Shown: positions 25,822-34,083 of the stretch, piece by piece
Position numbering within the stretch: position 1 is the first letter of the stretch
Layout: every line of letters begins with the position of its first letter
NCBI GenBank assembly: GCA_026390315.1
Contig: JAPLGE010000103.1
Span: 1 to 44,247 of the forward strand
Length of the DNA: 44,247 bases
Direction of reading: 5' to 3'
Origin: Candidatus Bipolaricaulota bacterium
Lineage (GTDB): Bacteria > Bipolaricaulota > Bipolaricaulia > UBA7950 > UBA9294
The notes under the pieces: model-generated
Told to the model about the DNA's origin: nothing
Databases searched by the model: none
What the model saw: the letters and a program-made list of their open reading frames with translations, nothing else
Program-made: the position numbers and the translations under genes

Positions 25822-25846
25822 CGCCTCGCTCGGCGGTCCATATAGT
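25818..25846 (+). promoter_or_regulatory. promoter of atpC-like/fabF
   Basis: TTGACG (25818-25823, overlapping the recO stop), 17-nt spacer, TATAGT (25841-25846). A 23-nt leader with a GAGGGAGGGG SD precedes ATG 25870. Confidence 0.65.
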
Positions 25847-25869
25847 CTCGCGCAACGAGGGAGGGGAAG

Positions 25870-26256
25870 ATGCGCTGTCAGCTTCGCTCGGCCGACCGGA
25901 TGCTCTTTGACGGCGACGCGGTGATGGTCGTCGCGAAGAGCGCCCTGGGCGAGTTCGCCGTGATGGAGCGGCACGCGCCGCTCTTGGCGGTCCTCGAGAC
26001 CGGCGCCGTGCGCGTCAAGACAGGCGACGGGGAAGAGGCCTTCGCCGTGGGCGGTGGACTCCTGCGCGTGCAGGAGAATCGCGTGACGGTCTTGGCCGAC
26101 GAAGCCGTCTCCGCGAGGGAGGTCGACCTCGCTTGTGTGACGTCGCGGCTCGATGAACTTGAACAAGAGCTCGCTCGCTCTCGGGACAAGGAGCCCCTTC
26201 TCCGTGAGCAGGCCTACCTGCGAGCGCAGAAGCGGGCGAAGGAGCACTATGCCTAG
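25870..26256 (+). CDS. atpC: F-type ATP synthase epsilon-subunit-like protein (stand-alone)
   Basis: 128 aa. Aligns by eye with epsilon subunits (GEFAVMERHAPLLAVLETGAVRV; GGGLLRVQENRVTVLADEAV; C-terminal helical hairpin). No other atp gene is in the window. Confidence 0.75.
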   Translation: MRCQLRSADRMLFDGDAVMVVAKSALGEFAVMERHAPLLAVLETGAVRVKTGDGEEAFAVGGGLLRVQENRVTVLADEAVSAREVDLACVTSRLDELEQELARSRDKEPLLREQAYLRAQKRAKEHYA

Positions 26257-27496
26257 GCGGGTCCTCGTGACGGGCCTCGGTCCAGTCACCCCCATCGGGA
26301 TCGGGAAGGTGGCTTTTTGGGACGCCCTCGTCGCCGGCGCAAGCGGGGTGAAGCGGGTCGACGACCGGATCGACCTCGAGGGGATCGACGTGCAGATCGG
26401 AGCACCGGTCGACGCGTTCGACCCCCTCGTCTTCATGGACAAGAAGACCGCCCATCGCACCGATCGGGTAGCGCAGCTTGCGCTCGCGGCGACGGAGCTC
26501 GCTTTGGCCGACGCCGGCCTCAAGGGAGGCGGGTGGAACCCCGAGCGGACCGGAGTCGTGGTGGGCACGGGGATCGGCGGACTCGAGACGATGCAGGAGA
26601 ACTTCGGTGCTCTGGCTCGCGGCGGCCCGCGGCGCGTCAGCCCCCTCTTCGTTCCGCGCCTCATGCCCAATGCCGTCGCGGGGCAGATCTCAATCGCCTA
26701 CGGGATGTACGGACCGAACTTCGGGGTCGTGTCCGCCTGTGCCACTGCGGCACACGCGATCGGCATCGCGGCCGAGCTCATCCGCTCCGGCCTCGTCGAC
26801 TGTGTGGTCGCCGGCGGCTCGGAAGCCGCGCTCGTTCGGATCGCGTACGCCGGCTTCGCCCAGATGGGAGCCCTGTCGCGGCGGAACGACGACCCCACAC
26901 GCGCCTCGCGACCGTTCGACCGCGACCGCGACGGGTTCGTCATGGGAGAGGGGGCCGGGGTCCTCATCCTCGAGGCGGCAGAACACGCCGCGGCGCGGGG
27001 AGCGCACGCAGTCGCCGAGCTCGTGGGGTTTGGGATGACCGCCGACGCCGAGCACATCACGGCCCCGGCTCCAGACGGCCGCGGGGCGGCCCGGGCGATG
27101 TCGCTCGCCCTCGCCCAAGGCGACGTCCAACCGAGTGACCTCGACTACATCAACGCGCACGGGACTTCGACGGCGCTGAACGACAAGGCGGAGACGGTCG
27201 CCATCAAGCTGGCACTCGGGGAAGCGGCGCGACGCGTGAAGATCAGCTCGACCAAGTCGCAGATCGGTCACCTCCTGGGCGCGGCCGGCGGCGTGGAGGC
27301 GATCGCCACGATCCTCTCCATGGAGAAAGGCTTCGTTCCGGCGACCCTGAACTACGAACATCCCGACCCCGAGTGCGACTTGAACTACACCCCGAAGTCG
27401 GTCTCGCTCGTCATGAGGACGGCTCTCTCCAACTCGTTCGGCTTCGGAGGCCAGAACGCGGCGCTCTTGTTCCGAAGGGCCGACGGGGTTAGGTGA
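26249..27496 (+). CDS. fabF: beta-ketoacyl-ACP synthase II
   Basis: Active-site SACATAAHAIG, HGTSTALND and GHLLGAAGGVE. ATG 26249 overlaps the atpC-like stop by 8 nt. Confidence 0.92.
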   Translation: MPRRVLVTGLGPVTPIGIGKVAFWDALVAGASGVKRVDDRIDLEGIDVQIGAPVDAFDPLVFMDKKTAHRTDRVAQLALAATELALADAGLKGGGWNPERTGVVVGTGIGGLETMQENFGALARGGPRRVSPLFVPRLMPNAVAGQISIAYGMYGPNFGVVSACATAAHAIGIAAELIRSGLVDCVVAGGSEAALVRIAYAGFAQMGALSRRNDDPTRASRPFDRDRDGFVMGEGAGVLILEAAEHAAARGAHAVAELVGFGMTADAEHITAPAPDGRGAARAMSLALAQGDVQPSDLDYINAHGTSTALNDKAETVAIKLALGEAARRVKISSTKSQIGHLLGAAGGVEAIATILSMEKGFVPATLNYEHPDPECDLNYTPKSVSLVMRTALSNSFGFGGQNAALLFRRADGVR

Positions 27497-27504
27497 CAGC
27501 CGCT

Positions 27505-28512
27505 CTAGAACTGCGTGATGAACCGCAGGTCGTTCGCGAGGAACGTCCGGATGTCCTCGATGCGGTGGCGCAGCATCGCCATCCGCTCTAGCCCGAATCC
27601 GAAGGCGAACCCCGTCACCCGCTCCGGATCGTAGCCGACCCCAGTGAGGACGGCCGGGTTGACCATGCCCGCCCCGCCGAGCTCGAGCCACTTGGTTTGG
27701 CCGCGAGGGCGCATGTGGACCTGCACGGAGGGCTCGGTGAACGGGAAGAAGTCTCCGGAGAGCCGCATGTCGTACCCCTCGCCGAAGAACTCGCGGACGA
27801 AAAGCTCGATCACGTACTTGAGGTTCGCCAGCGTGAGGCCCTCCTCCACCCATAGGAGTTCGATCTGGTGGAAGACCGGAGAGTGGGTCGCATCTTGGCT
27901 GTCGCGGCGGTAGCAGCGACCTGGGCAGACGATCCGCACCGGAGGCGGGGTCTTCTCCATGACGCGGACCTGCACGGGGGACGTGTGGGCGCGGAGAAGA
28001 CGGCCGTCGTCGAGGTAGAACGAGTCCCACTCGTCGCGGGCCGGGTGACTGGCGGGGATGTTGAGCGCCTCGAAGTTATAGTACTCGGTCTCGACCTCCG
28101 GACCGCTCGCGACGTCGAACCCCAGGCGGAGGAAGATCGACTCGATCTCCTGCCGCACCTGCGTCAGGAGATGCAGGTGGCCGAGCCGGTGGCAAGGCCC
28201 GGGGAGCGTGAGGTCGGCCCGCTCTGTGGCCGTGCGCGCGGCGAGGGCGGCGGCGTCGAGGACACCGCGGCGGGCGGAGAACGAGGCGGCGGCCCTCTCT
28301 TTCAGGGCATTCAGGAGCTGGCCGGCCTCCGAGCGTTCCGCGGGAGTCAGGGTTCCGATCACCTTGAACAACTGCGCGAGCCGTCCCTTGCGGCTCAAGA
28401 ACTCGACGCGGAACGCCTCGAGAGCCTCGGGGTCGGAAAGGCCCTCCAGGTCGTGCTCGAGGTCGACCTGTACGCGAAAGACCTGCTCACGCAGGGCATC
28501 CAGCTCGCTCAT
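27505..28512 (-). CDS. pheS: phenylalanine--tRNA ligase alpha subunit
   Basis: FEALNIPASHPARDEWDSFY, class II motifs (RIVCPGRCYRRD; GAGMVNP; AFGFGLERM). Confidence 0.93.
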   Translation of the reverse strand: MSELDALREQVFRVQVDLEHDLEGLSDPEALEAFRVEFLSRKGRLAQLFKVIGTLTPAERSEAGQLLNALKERAAASFSARRGVLDAAALAARTATERADLTLPGPCHRLGHLHLLTQVRQEIESIFLRLGFDVASGPEVETEYYNFEALNIPASHPARDEWDSFYLDDGRLLRAHTSPVQVRVMEKTPPPVRIVCPGRCYRRDSQDATHSPVFHQIELLWVEEGLTLANLKYVIELFVREFFGEGYDMRLSGDFFPFTEPSVQVHMRPRGQTKWLELGGAGMVNPAVLTGVGYDPERVTGFAFGFGLERMAMLRHRIEDIRTFLANDLRFITQF

Positions 28513-28520
28513 GCCAAGGC

Positions 28521-28549
28521 ATTGTAGTGACCTGATGGACGATTGGCAA
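28521..28549 (-). promoter_or_regulatory. promoter of pheS (near-leaderless)
   Basis: The minus strand reads TTGCCA (28549-28544), 17-nt spacer, TACAAT (28526-28521), then 8 nt (GCCTTGGC) to ATG 28512. Confidence 0.65.
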
Positions 28550-28571
28550 GGATTCCCCGTTGCCGTATCAT
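28543..28571 (+). promoter_or_regulatory. promoter of the pepP / PKD-lipoprotein operon
   Basis: TTGGCA (28543-28548), 17-nt spacer, TATCAT (28566-28571). A leader of about 40 nt with an AAGGAGAGGG SD precedes ATG 28617. Confidence 0.65.
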
Positions 28572-28616
28572 GCGAAAGGCCCCGATCGAGGGGTCGGATG
28601 AGGGCAAAGGAGAGGG

Positions 28617-29699
28617 ATGACTCTGTACGACGAACGTCGTGTTGCTCTGATGAAAGAGGTCGACGCGGACGCGTTCCTGGTGGCGAACCTCGAAGGTTCG
28701 GACGCGGCGACGCTTCGCTACTTGACGGGGTTCACGGGTGAGGGGGCCCTCCTCGTCACGCGAGAGGGGGGTCTGCTTCTGACGGACTCCCGCTACACGG
28801 AGCAGGCGGGCCGGGAGGTTCCACGCCTTCCGGTCGGCCCGGTGACGGGGGAGTACCCGCAAGCGGTGGCGGCCGCCCTCAAGGAGCGGAGCCTCAAGAG
28901 AGTCGCTTTCGCGTCGAGGCGGTTGAGCCACTACTGGGTTCTCCGGCTGCGTGGGCGGCGCGCCTTTCGCCTGGTCGCCCTCGAGGACCCGGTGATGGCG
29001 CTTCGCTCCATCAAGGGGGAAGCGGAGATCGAGAAGATCCGCCGTGCCGCGTCCGTTGCGGAGGCGGCGCTCGCGGACCTCCTCGAGACGATCAGGATCG
29101 GGATGACGGAACGGGAGATCGCTCTTGACCTTGAGTGGCGGATGCGGGAGCGCGGGGCGGAGGGGCCGGCGTTCGAGCTCATCGTCGCGGCCGGCAAGAA
29201 CAGCGCGCTCCCTCACTACCGGCCGGGGGAGAGGAAGATCGCCGAGGCTGACCTTCTCCTCTTCGACATCGGCGCCCAGGTCGACGGATACTGCTCCGAC
29301 CTGACGCGCGTCGTTGCGGTCGGTCGAGTGCCGGCTCGCGCCAAGGAGCTCTACGATCTCGTTCTGCGGGCGAACCGCGCCGGCGTCGAGGCCGTCGCCC
29401 CCGGGGCGAGCGCGAGGGACGTCGACGCAGCGGCGCGTGCGGTGATCGCCGACGCCGGACACGGAGATCACTTCGGGCACGGTCTCGGACACGGAGTGGG
29501 GCTAGAGATTCACGAGGGCCCGCACGTCTCCCCGCGGAGTGACGAGACGCTGCAGGCGCGAATGGTGACCACGATCGAGCCGGGAGTCTACCTCCCCGGC
29601 TTCGGCGGGGTGAGGATCGAGGATCTCGTAGCCGTTAGAGAGGGCGGAAGGGAACTCTTGACCCGTTTCCCGAGCGAGGCTCTCGTGAAGGTAGGCTGA
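28617..29699 (+). CDS. pepP: Xaa-Pro aminopeptidase (M24B family)
   Basis: Creatinase-like N-domain. M24 metal ligands (FDIGAQVDGYCSDLTR, HGLGHGVGLEIHE, EPGVY, RIED). Confidence 0.9.
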   Translation: MTLYDERRVALMKEVDADAFLVANLEGSDAATLRYLTGFTGEGALLVTREGGLLLTDSRYTEQAGREVPRLPVGPVTGEYPQAVAAALKERSLKRVAFASRRLSHYWVLRLRGRRAFRLVALEDPVMALRSIKGEAEIEKIRRAASVAEAALADLLETIRIGMTEREIALDLEWRMRERGAEGPAFELIVAAGKNSALPHYRPGERKIAEADLLLFDIGAQVDGYCSDLTRVVAVGRVPARAKELYDLVLRANRAGVEAVAPGASARDVDAAARAVIADAGHGDHFGHGLGHGVGLEIHEGPHVSPRSDETLQARMVTTIEPGVYLPGFGGVRIEDLVAVREGGRELLTRFPSEALVKVG

Positions 29700-29703
29700 C
29701 GCG

Positions 29704-30657
29704 ATGAGAAAGGCTAAGTGGATCGGCGGACTGCTTCTCGTCGGGTTTCTCGGGTGCGTGCTGTCGGGCTGCGCCCTGTTTCAGTCCGAGCCGCTCGCGC
29801 GGTTCGAAGTGACCCCTCTCGTGCTGTACATCGGCGATTCCGGCCACTTTGACGCGGCCTCGTCTGCGTCGAGCGATCCCATTGTGTCGTACTCCTGGGA
29901 GTTCGGCGACGGAGGAACCGCGGCCGGCCGCGAAGTCGACCACGCGTACGCCGTGACGGGCCGCTACTCGGTCACGCTGCGCGTCCGGGACGCGGGAGGG
30001 CGAAGCGCCAAGGTCACTCAAGAGGTGGTGGTCTACGTGCGCACGGGGACGGAGCTCTTCCGCGAGGACTTCTCGAGCGGGACGACGTCTATCTCTCGGT
30101 GGAGCCTCGATCCCGCGTGGGCGAGCATGACGGAAGCCGACGTGGAGAACGTCGCCGGCTCCCACGGGTTCGTCCTCCACATCCACAGCGGCGTCGATCG
30201 CTGGCACCGCCGGAGCGCGCCGACCACGCTCCCACCGCTACGTTCCGGCCAGCGCCTGGTCTTTTCGTTCGCCGTCATGACGGGGAACACTCAGGAAGCC
30301 GAGACCCTCTCCATCTTCCCGGCGCGGCGGACACTCGAGTCGACGGCGGAGTCCCTTCCGTACTACGTCTACACCAAAGCCGGTGGAGGGGCGACGGTGC
30401 GGGTCCCAGAAGGAAGCGGCGAGGACGAAACGCATCTTATCCCGTTCGATCCGAGGGTCTACGCCTGGCACACCTACGTGTTTTCCTTCTCCACGCTGGA
30501 CTACGTCGTCCTGATTGACGGGGTCCCGTACCTGAGTGGGAGGCTGCCGTCGCCGCCGGGAGTGGGGGAGGGCTGGTCGATCGTCCTTGGGGACGAAAGC
30601 CACGCCGAGGCCTGCAACGCCTACGTCGACGACATTCGCGTCTCCGTTGAGGAGTAG
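29704..30657 (+). CDS. lipoprotein with PKD domain and LamG/concanavalin-like C-terminal domain
   Basis: Canonical lipobox VLSGC. PKD signature (YSWEFGDGGTAAGREVDHAYAVTGRYSVTLRVRD). C-terminal jelly-roll-like pattern ending AYVDDIRV. Starts 4 nt after pepP. Confidence 0.75.
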   Translation: MRKAKWIGGLLLVGFLGCVLSGCALFQSEPLARFEVTPLVLYIGDSGHFDAASSASSDPIVSYSWEFGDGGTAAGREVDHAYAVTGRYSVTLRVRDAGGRSAKVTQEVVVYVRTGTELFREDFSSGTTSISRWSLDPAWASMTEADVENVAGSHGFVLHIHSGVDRWHRRSAPTTLPPLRSGQRLVFSFAVMTGNTQEAETLSIFPARRTLESTAESLPYYVYTKAGGGATVRVPEGSGEDETHLIPFDPRVYAWHTYVFSFSTLDYVVLIDGVPYLSGRLPSPPGVGEGWSIVLGDESHAEACNAYVDDIRVSVEE

Positions 30658-30734
30658 GCCGGATCTGGGCGCGGATCTTGGGTCGGGGCACGCGGCAGCA
30701 TCTGGGGCGGGCGCAGCCCGCGCTTGGGGGCTCT

Positions 30735-30763
30735 TTGACCTCGTCTCTCGTCGCCCCTAGAAT
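30735..30763 (+). promoter_or_regulatory. promoter of recA
   Basis: TTGACC (30735-30740), 17-nt spacer, TAGAAT (30758-30763). A leader of about 27 nt with a GGGGGAGGAAG SD follows. No LexA or Cheo-type box recognised. Confidence 0.65.
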
Positions 30764-30796
30764 AGGAGGAAGCTCGAGACAGAGGGGGAGGAAGTC

Positions 30797-31825
30797 ATGG
30801 GCAAGCAAGAGGTGCTTGACAGCACACTGAAACAGATCAAGAAGGCCTACGGGGAAGGCGCGATCATGTGGCTCGGAGACGGGGCCCAGGTGCTGGCCCT
30901 GGAGACGGTCCCGAGCGGGTCGTTGGCCCTGGATATCGCACTCGGCGTGGGCGGGGTGCCGCGCGGCCGAATCGTCGAGATCTTCGGAGCGGAGTCGAGC
31001 GGGAAGACGACCCTGGCTCTGCACATGATTGCCGAGGTCCAGAAGCGCGACGGGACCGCGGCGTTCATCGACGCGGAACACGCGGTCGACCCCCGCTACA
31101 CGCGCGCCCTCGGGGTGGACCTCGATCACATCCTCCTCTCGCAGCCGAACTCCGGTGAGCAGGCGCTCGAGATTACGGAGCAGCTCACGCGCAGCGGGGC
31201 GATCGACATCATCGTGATCGACTCGGTGGCCGCCCTCGTGCCTATGGCGGAGATCGAAGGTCAGATGGGAGACTCGCAGGTCGGCCTCCAGGCCCGCCTC
31301 ATGAGCCAAGCCATGCGCAAGCTGTCCGGGGCGATCTCTCAGTCGAAAACGATCGTCGTGTTCACGAACCAGATCCGCTCGGTGATCACGGGGACGCGCT
31401 TCGGTCCGGCGACCACGACGTCGGGCGGGCGCGCCCTGAAGTTCTACGCCACCCTGCGCCTCAACCTGTGGAACTCGGGGAAGATCGAGGAGGGCACGGA
31501 ACAGATCGGGACGCAGGTCACGGTCCGCGTCGTCAAGAACAAGGTGGCGCCTCCGTTCAAAGAAGCGACCTTCGACGTCATCTACGGAAAGGGTATCGAC
31601 CGGTCGCGCGACCTCCTGAACACGGGGGAGACGCTGGGCGTCATCACCCGAAGCGGGTCATGGTACGCGTTCAACGACAAGCGGCTCGGCCAGGGGATTG
31701 GCAACAGCGCTCGCGCCCTGGAAGAGGATGCGGAGCTCGCCAGCGCGATCGAGCGGGAGATCCGCGAGAAGGCGGGCCTTCCTGGAGCGGCGGAAGGAGG
31801 CCAGGAGGCGAAGGACGCAGACTGA
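30797..31825 (+). CDS. recA: recombinase RecA
   Basis: Walker A GAESSGKTT, AFIDAEHA, VIDSVAAL and the L2 loop GGRALKFYA. Full length, 342 aa. Confidence 0.97.
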   Translation: MGKQEVLDSTLKQIKKAYGEGAIMWLGDGAQVLALETVPSGSLALDIALGVGGVPRGRIVEIFGAESSGKTTLALHMIAEVQKRDGTAAFIDAEHAVDPRYTRALGVDLDHILLSQPNSGEQALEITEQLTRSGAIDIIVIDSVAALVPMAEIEGQMGDSQVGLQARLMSQAMRKLSGAISQSKTIVVFTNQIRSVITGTRFGPATTTSGGRALKFYATLRLNLWNSGKIEEGTEQIGTQVTVRVVKNKVAPPFKEATFDVIYGKGIDRSRDLLNTGETLGVITRSGSWYAFNDKRLGQGIGNSARALEEDAELASAIEREIREKAGLPGAAEGGQEAKDAD

Positions 31826-32303
31826 TCCTTGGCAAAGCCTGATCCGGCTTCTGCGGGCACGGCCGCGCACCATCGCCGAGTCGCGGGCGAGGTTGCGCGG
31901 CCTTGGCTTCTCTCACGACGCCGTGGAGGCCGCGTTGGCGGAAGCGGTGCGGCTCAAGCTGTTGGACGACCGTCTCTACGCCCGCCTCTGGGTGGAGGAC
32001 CGTCTCCTTCATCACCCTCTTGCGCGCGAGGCCGTGCGGCGCGAGCTCGCGGAGAAGGGGACAGCAGGCGAGGTGATCGAGGAGACGCTTGCCGAGTCCT
32101 ACCCCCCGGCGAAGGAGAAGGAGCTGGCTCTGTCTCTCGCCCAGGAGCGTTTCGAGCATCACCGCGGGCTCGACCGCGAAGCGCGGGCTCGGCGGACGGT
32201 GTCGTACCTCACGCGGCGCGGCTTCCCCGTCGCCCTTTCCTCGGGAATCGTCCGTTCGCTCGAAAGGGGACGAGAACCTGATGGAGACGAGCGCCGAAGG
32301 TAG
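31728..32303 (+). CDS. recX: recombination regulator RecX
   Basis: Three-helix repeat pattern (LIRLLRARPRTIAESRARLRGLGFSHDAVEAALAEAVRLKLLDDRLYA...). The start is uncertain. In-frame candidates are ATG 31728 and TTG 31698, both overlapping the recA 3' end. No ATG or GTG lies downstream of the recA stop. Confidence 0.7.
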   Translation: MRSSPARSSGRSARRRAFLERRKEARRRRTQTDPWQSLIRLLRARPRTIAESRARLRGLGFSHDAVEAALAEAVRLKLLDDRLYARLWVEDRLLHHPLAREAVRRELAEKGTAGEVIEETLAESYPPAKEKELALSLAQERFEHHRGLDREARARRTVSYLTRRGFPVALSSGIVRSLERGREPDGDERRR

Positions 32304-32318
32304 GAGGGGGAAGCTCCA

Positions 32319-32819
32319 ATGACGGAAGCGCGCGTGGGTCTCGGGATTGACTTCCACCGTTTCGCCGCCGGGAGGCCGCTCGTCTTGGGCGGGGTGACGG
32401 TTCCTCACAGCAAGGGCCTCTTGGGCCACTCCGACGCGGACGCCCTCATCCATGCCCTGTGCGATTCCCTCCTCGGCGCGGCGGGCGAGAGCGACATCGG
32501 CGTCCACTTCCCGGACAGCGACTCAGAGACCTTGGGGATCTCGAGTCTCACGCTTCTCGCGGCGGTGATGGAGAGGATCCACCGAAGCGGCTGGCACGTT
32601 GTGAACGTGGACTGCGTCGTCGTCGCCGAGGAGCCGAAGCTTGCGCCGCACGTCGCGGCGATGCGGGAGACGCTCGGTCCCGTGCTTGGGGTCGGGGCGG
32701 ATCGCATCGGCCTCAAGGCGACGACAAGCGAAGGGATGGGCGCTCTCGGCCGGCGTGAGGGGATCGGGGCCCTCGCGGTCTCGCTCATCGAAAGAGCTTC
32801 AGGATGTCCTGATAGGTGA
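32319..32819 (+). CDS. ispF: 2-C-methyl-D-erythritol 2,4-cyclodiphosphate synthase
   Basis: GIDFHRF, GHSDADALIHAL, DIGVHFPDSD and KATTSEGMG. Confidence 0.93.
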   Translation: MTEARVGLGIDFHRFAAGRPLVLGGVTVPHSKGLLGHSDADALIHALCDSLLGAAGESDIGVHFPDSDSETLGISSLTLLAAVMERIHRSGWHVVNVDCVVVAEEPKLAPHVAAMRETLGPVLGVGADRIGLKATTSEGMGALGRREGIGALAVSLIERASGCPDR

Positions 32820-34083
32820 CGAGGACCATGAAGCCGATCAGGATGACGAAGCCGATCGCGTGGATCATTCCTTCCCGCTCCGGGGGAATTCGCTTCCTGC
32901 GTACGAGCTCGTAAAGGGCGAACGCTGCCCGGCTTCCGTCGAGGGCGGGAAAGGGAACCAGGTTGAACAGGCCCAGGCTCAGGCTCAGAAGAGAGAAGAG
33001 CCGCAGGAAGGCCGACGGTCCTTGCGACACCCCCTCGCCGAGGAGGCGCGCGATCCCGACCGGCCCGGAGAAGGCCTCGCTTGCGCGCACTTGCCCGGTC
33101 AGGATCCCTTTGATCGACTGAACCATGAGTGCTAGGCCTTCGGAGAACTGGCCTGCGGCGAGGACGAGCCCGTCGACCGGCCCGGGGCGGCGGTTCTCCA
33201 CCCCGAGGGTTGCGAACGTCGTTCCGGCGAGGAGTCCGTTCACATCAAGCCCGACGGCCGCAACGGAGACCTCGACGCGCGTCTCACCGCGCTCGACGGT
33301 CAGAGAAACCGACTCGGCAGGGAGGAGCCCATCGAGCCGGTTGACGATGTCAACGCCGGTCGGCGTAGGCTCCCCGTTGACCGCGACGATCCTGTCCTTC
33401 TCCCTCAGGCCCGCCCCGGACAGGGGGGGCGTGCCGGCGAGGCTCTGGACCTCGTTGGTGAACGTGACGGGTAGGAAGTAGCCGCCGACGAGGTAGCGGC
33501 CTTCGGCGGGGTCGAAGCGAGGCGTGACCGCGACGTTCAGGCGTCGGCCGTCGCGTTCGAGGCGAAAGGTGACGGGCTCTCCGTGCGAGGCGGAGATCAG
33601 GCGGCTTACGGACTCGCCGGAGTAGACGGACCGGCCCGCGATCGCGAGGACTCGGTCCCCAGGCTCCAGGAGCCCGGACGCCGGTGCGCCGGGGATGAGC
33701 GCCGCGACTTGGAGAAGCGGCGTGCCGATCCCCCACAGGATGACGAGCGACACGAGGAGGGTCATGAGCAGGTTCGAGGCCGGCCCAGCGAGGCTCACCC
33801 AAACCCGGACGATCGGCGGCTTGTTGTAGAGGAGCCGATCGCTCGGCACATCCGGTGGAGCCTCCGCGGTGTCCTCGCCGGCGAGGCGGACGTAGCCGCC
33901 GAGAGGGAAGGCGCGCAGGGAGTAGACCGTCTCGCGCCGCTGGAAGGAGAAGAGCTTCGGGCCGAAACCGATGGCGAACTCCTTGACGTACACGCCGGCG
34001 CGCTTAGCGGCGAAGAAGTGGCCGGCCTCGTGAGCCGAGACGAGGACGAGGATCGTCCCCAGGAAGACGAGGAGGGTGATCAC
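32785..34083 (-). CDS. rseP: RIP metalloprotease RseP (site-2 protease, M50)
   Basis: HEAGHFFAAK zinc motif, PDZ segments, and a C-terminal NLVPFPALDGS motif. GTG 34083 forms a GTGA overlap with the tilS stop. The track ORF's 105-codon N-terminal extension is rejected. Confidence 0.88.
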   Translation of the reverse strand: MITLLVFLGTILVLVSAHEAGHFFAAKRAGVYVKEFAIGFGPKLFSFQRRETVYSLRAFPLGGYVRLAGEDTAEAPPDVPSDRLLYNKPPIVRVWVSLAGPASNLLMTLLVSLVILWGIGTPLLQVAALIPGAPASGLLEPGDRVLAIAGRSVYSGESVSRLISASHGEPVTFRLERDGRRLNVAVTPRFDPAEGRYLVGGYFLPVTFTNEVQSLAGTPPLSGAGLREKDRIVAVNGEPTPTGVDIVNRLDGLLPAESVSLTVERGETRVEVSVAAVGLDVNGLLAGTTFATLGVENRRPGPVDGLVLAAGQFSEGLALMVQSIKGILTGQVRASEAFSGPVGIARLLGEGVSQGPSAFLRLFSLLSLSLGLFNLVPFPALDGSRAAFALYELVRRKRIPPEREGMIHAIGFVILIGFMVLVTYQDILKLFR

